Assembly: GCA_964617735.1 (NCBI GenBank)
Contig: CAZTXT010000001.1
Coordinates: forward strand, 600,549 to 664,548
Length of the DNA: 64,000 nt
From: an uncultured Candidatus Saccharibacteria bacterium
GTDB lineage: Bacteria; Patescibacteriota; Minisyncoccia; Phycocordibacterales; DSPV01
Direction: 5' to 3'
A program made the translations under genes and the position numbers. Positions 63,274 to 64,000 of this stretch are shown here, piece by piece. The notes below the pieces were generated by a model, which was not told the DNA's origin, searched no databases, and saw only the letters and a program-made list of their open reading frames with translations. The first letter of the stretch is position 1, and the number at the start of each line of letters is the position of its first letter.

Positions 63274-63954
63274 TTACACACCCTTGGCTAAGGCCGCGAA
63301 TTTTCTGTATGCGCCGGCAGGGTCGTCTGACCTAAAGATCGCGGATCCCACGACCAGTCGGGTCGCTCCCGCTTGTATCAGGGATGCGGCATTCTCAAGA
63401 TTCACTCCTCCATCTACGGCGATGGGCACGCCCGGGAACTGCGCGCGGGCCGCGCTTATTTTCTTCACGATAGAGGCTTCAAACTTCGAGCCCTGATAGC
63501 CAATCCGCGCAATGGACATCAATTGTAAAAAGGCAGCCTGCGAAGCAGTATCGGGGAGAGTTTCGAACGTGGTCTCGAATTTAAGCGCAAGCCCCAACTC
63601 GACAAGCGTGCCGTAACGGTCCACTAAGGCTCCGAAGTCCTTGGCTGCCTCGGCGTGCACAACGATGCGCGACACTCCTACGTGCACCCACTTATCCAGC
63701 TGGTTCTCTGGTTGCTCGATCATGAGGTGAACCTCGAAATCCAAGTCCTCCCAATAGGGCAGGCCTTTCTCCTCACGCGCGATAGCCGAAAATCGCATCG
63801 CATCCGCCGGATTGTAGGGCCAAGAAACGCTCGGTACGAATTCTCCGTCGCAGACATCGATATGGACCATGCGTGCAGCCCTCGAGACACCCCCGAGTTT
63901 TCCCGTCAACTCATCGAAATTCTCCGGCAGGATCGCAGGGAGTATCTCGATCAT
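63274..63954 (-). CDS. rpe: Ribulose-phosphate 3-epimerase
   Basis: HIDVCDGEFVP...HLMIEQP...DGGVN TIM-barrel epimerase motifs. Confidence 0.93.
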   Translation of the reverse strand: MIEILPAILPENFDELTGKLGGVSRAARMVHIDVCDGEFVPSVSWPYNPADAMRFSAIAREEKGLPYWEDLDFEVHLMIEQPENQLDKWVHVGVSRIVVHAEAAKDFGALVDRYGTLVELGLALKFETTFETLPDTASQAAFLQLMSIARIGYQGSKFEASIVKKISAARAQFPGVPIAVDGGVNLENAASLIQAGATRLVVGSAIFRSDDPAGAYRKFAALAKGV

Positions 63955-64000
63955 CAGAGTCCCGCGCTTACGGAATCAGCGCCACCGTGTGGCGAGAGAA

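Noticed and set aside
63954-64000. Partial minus-strand gene upstream of rpe (ATGA overlap)
   Set aside because: The frame ending at that TGA hits a TAA within about 15 codons. There is too little sequence to call it.

Overview
This looks like a GC-rich (about 55-60%) bacterial chromosomal segment that is densely packed and mostly coding on the minus strand. It is dominated by housekeeping genes: rpoC' (partial) and rpoB; an rpsP-KH-trmD cluster; a short smc; rnc; a nusB-Nudix fusion; rpmF; rnhB; dnaE; thrS; uvrC, uvrA and uvrB; tgt; gyrB; rpsB-tsf; a release factor; rpmE; rplY; fba; split transketolase tktA/tktB; rpe; and one tRNA-Thr. Several housekeeping proteins are unusually short (SMC 754 aa, UvrC 406 aa lacking HhH, ThrS without N-terminal domains). 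Together with the split transketolase, multiple type IV pilins and a sortase, this suggests a reduced-genome lineage, possibly CPR/Patescibacteria-like. Between the core genes sit accessory loci. (1) A sortase sits next to a 1091-aa surface protein whose VPYTG-TM-basic sorting signal is internal and is followed by about 360 cytoplasmic residues. (2) A 1169-aa protein with FN3-like tandem repeats ends in two peptidoglycan-binding domains and lies beside a cytoplasmic PAS-kinase / REC-REC two-component pair. (3) A monomeric, mitochondrial-type PheRS (catalytic core plus FDX-ACB) has no pheT nearby. (4) Two homologous small tail-anchored membrane proteins are each translationally coupled to a type IV pilin gene, one of which carries a LamG/ConA-like domain. 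(5) There are AT-rich islands: 6.94-8.1 kb, and 20.07-21.15 kb, which holds a polytopic membrane protein and a truncated tRNA-binding-domain remnant. (6) A low-GC cluster of small overlapping ORFs lies at 36.9-38.7 kb. (7) A structured 300-bp intergenic region with a plus-strand intrinsic terminator but no plus-strand gene is a candidate ncRNA. I found no CRISPR array, cas genes, transposases, integrases or rRNA. All calls are from reading the sequence and ORF translations; no database searches were run.
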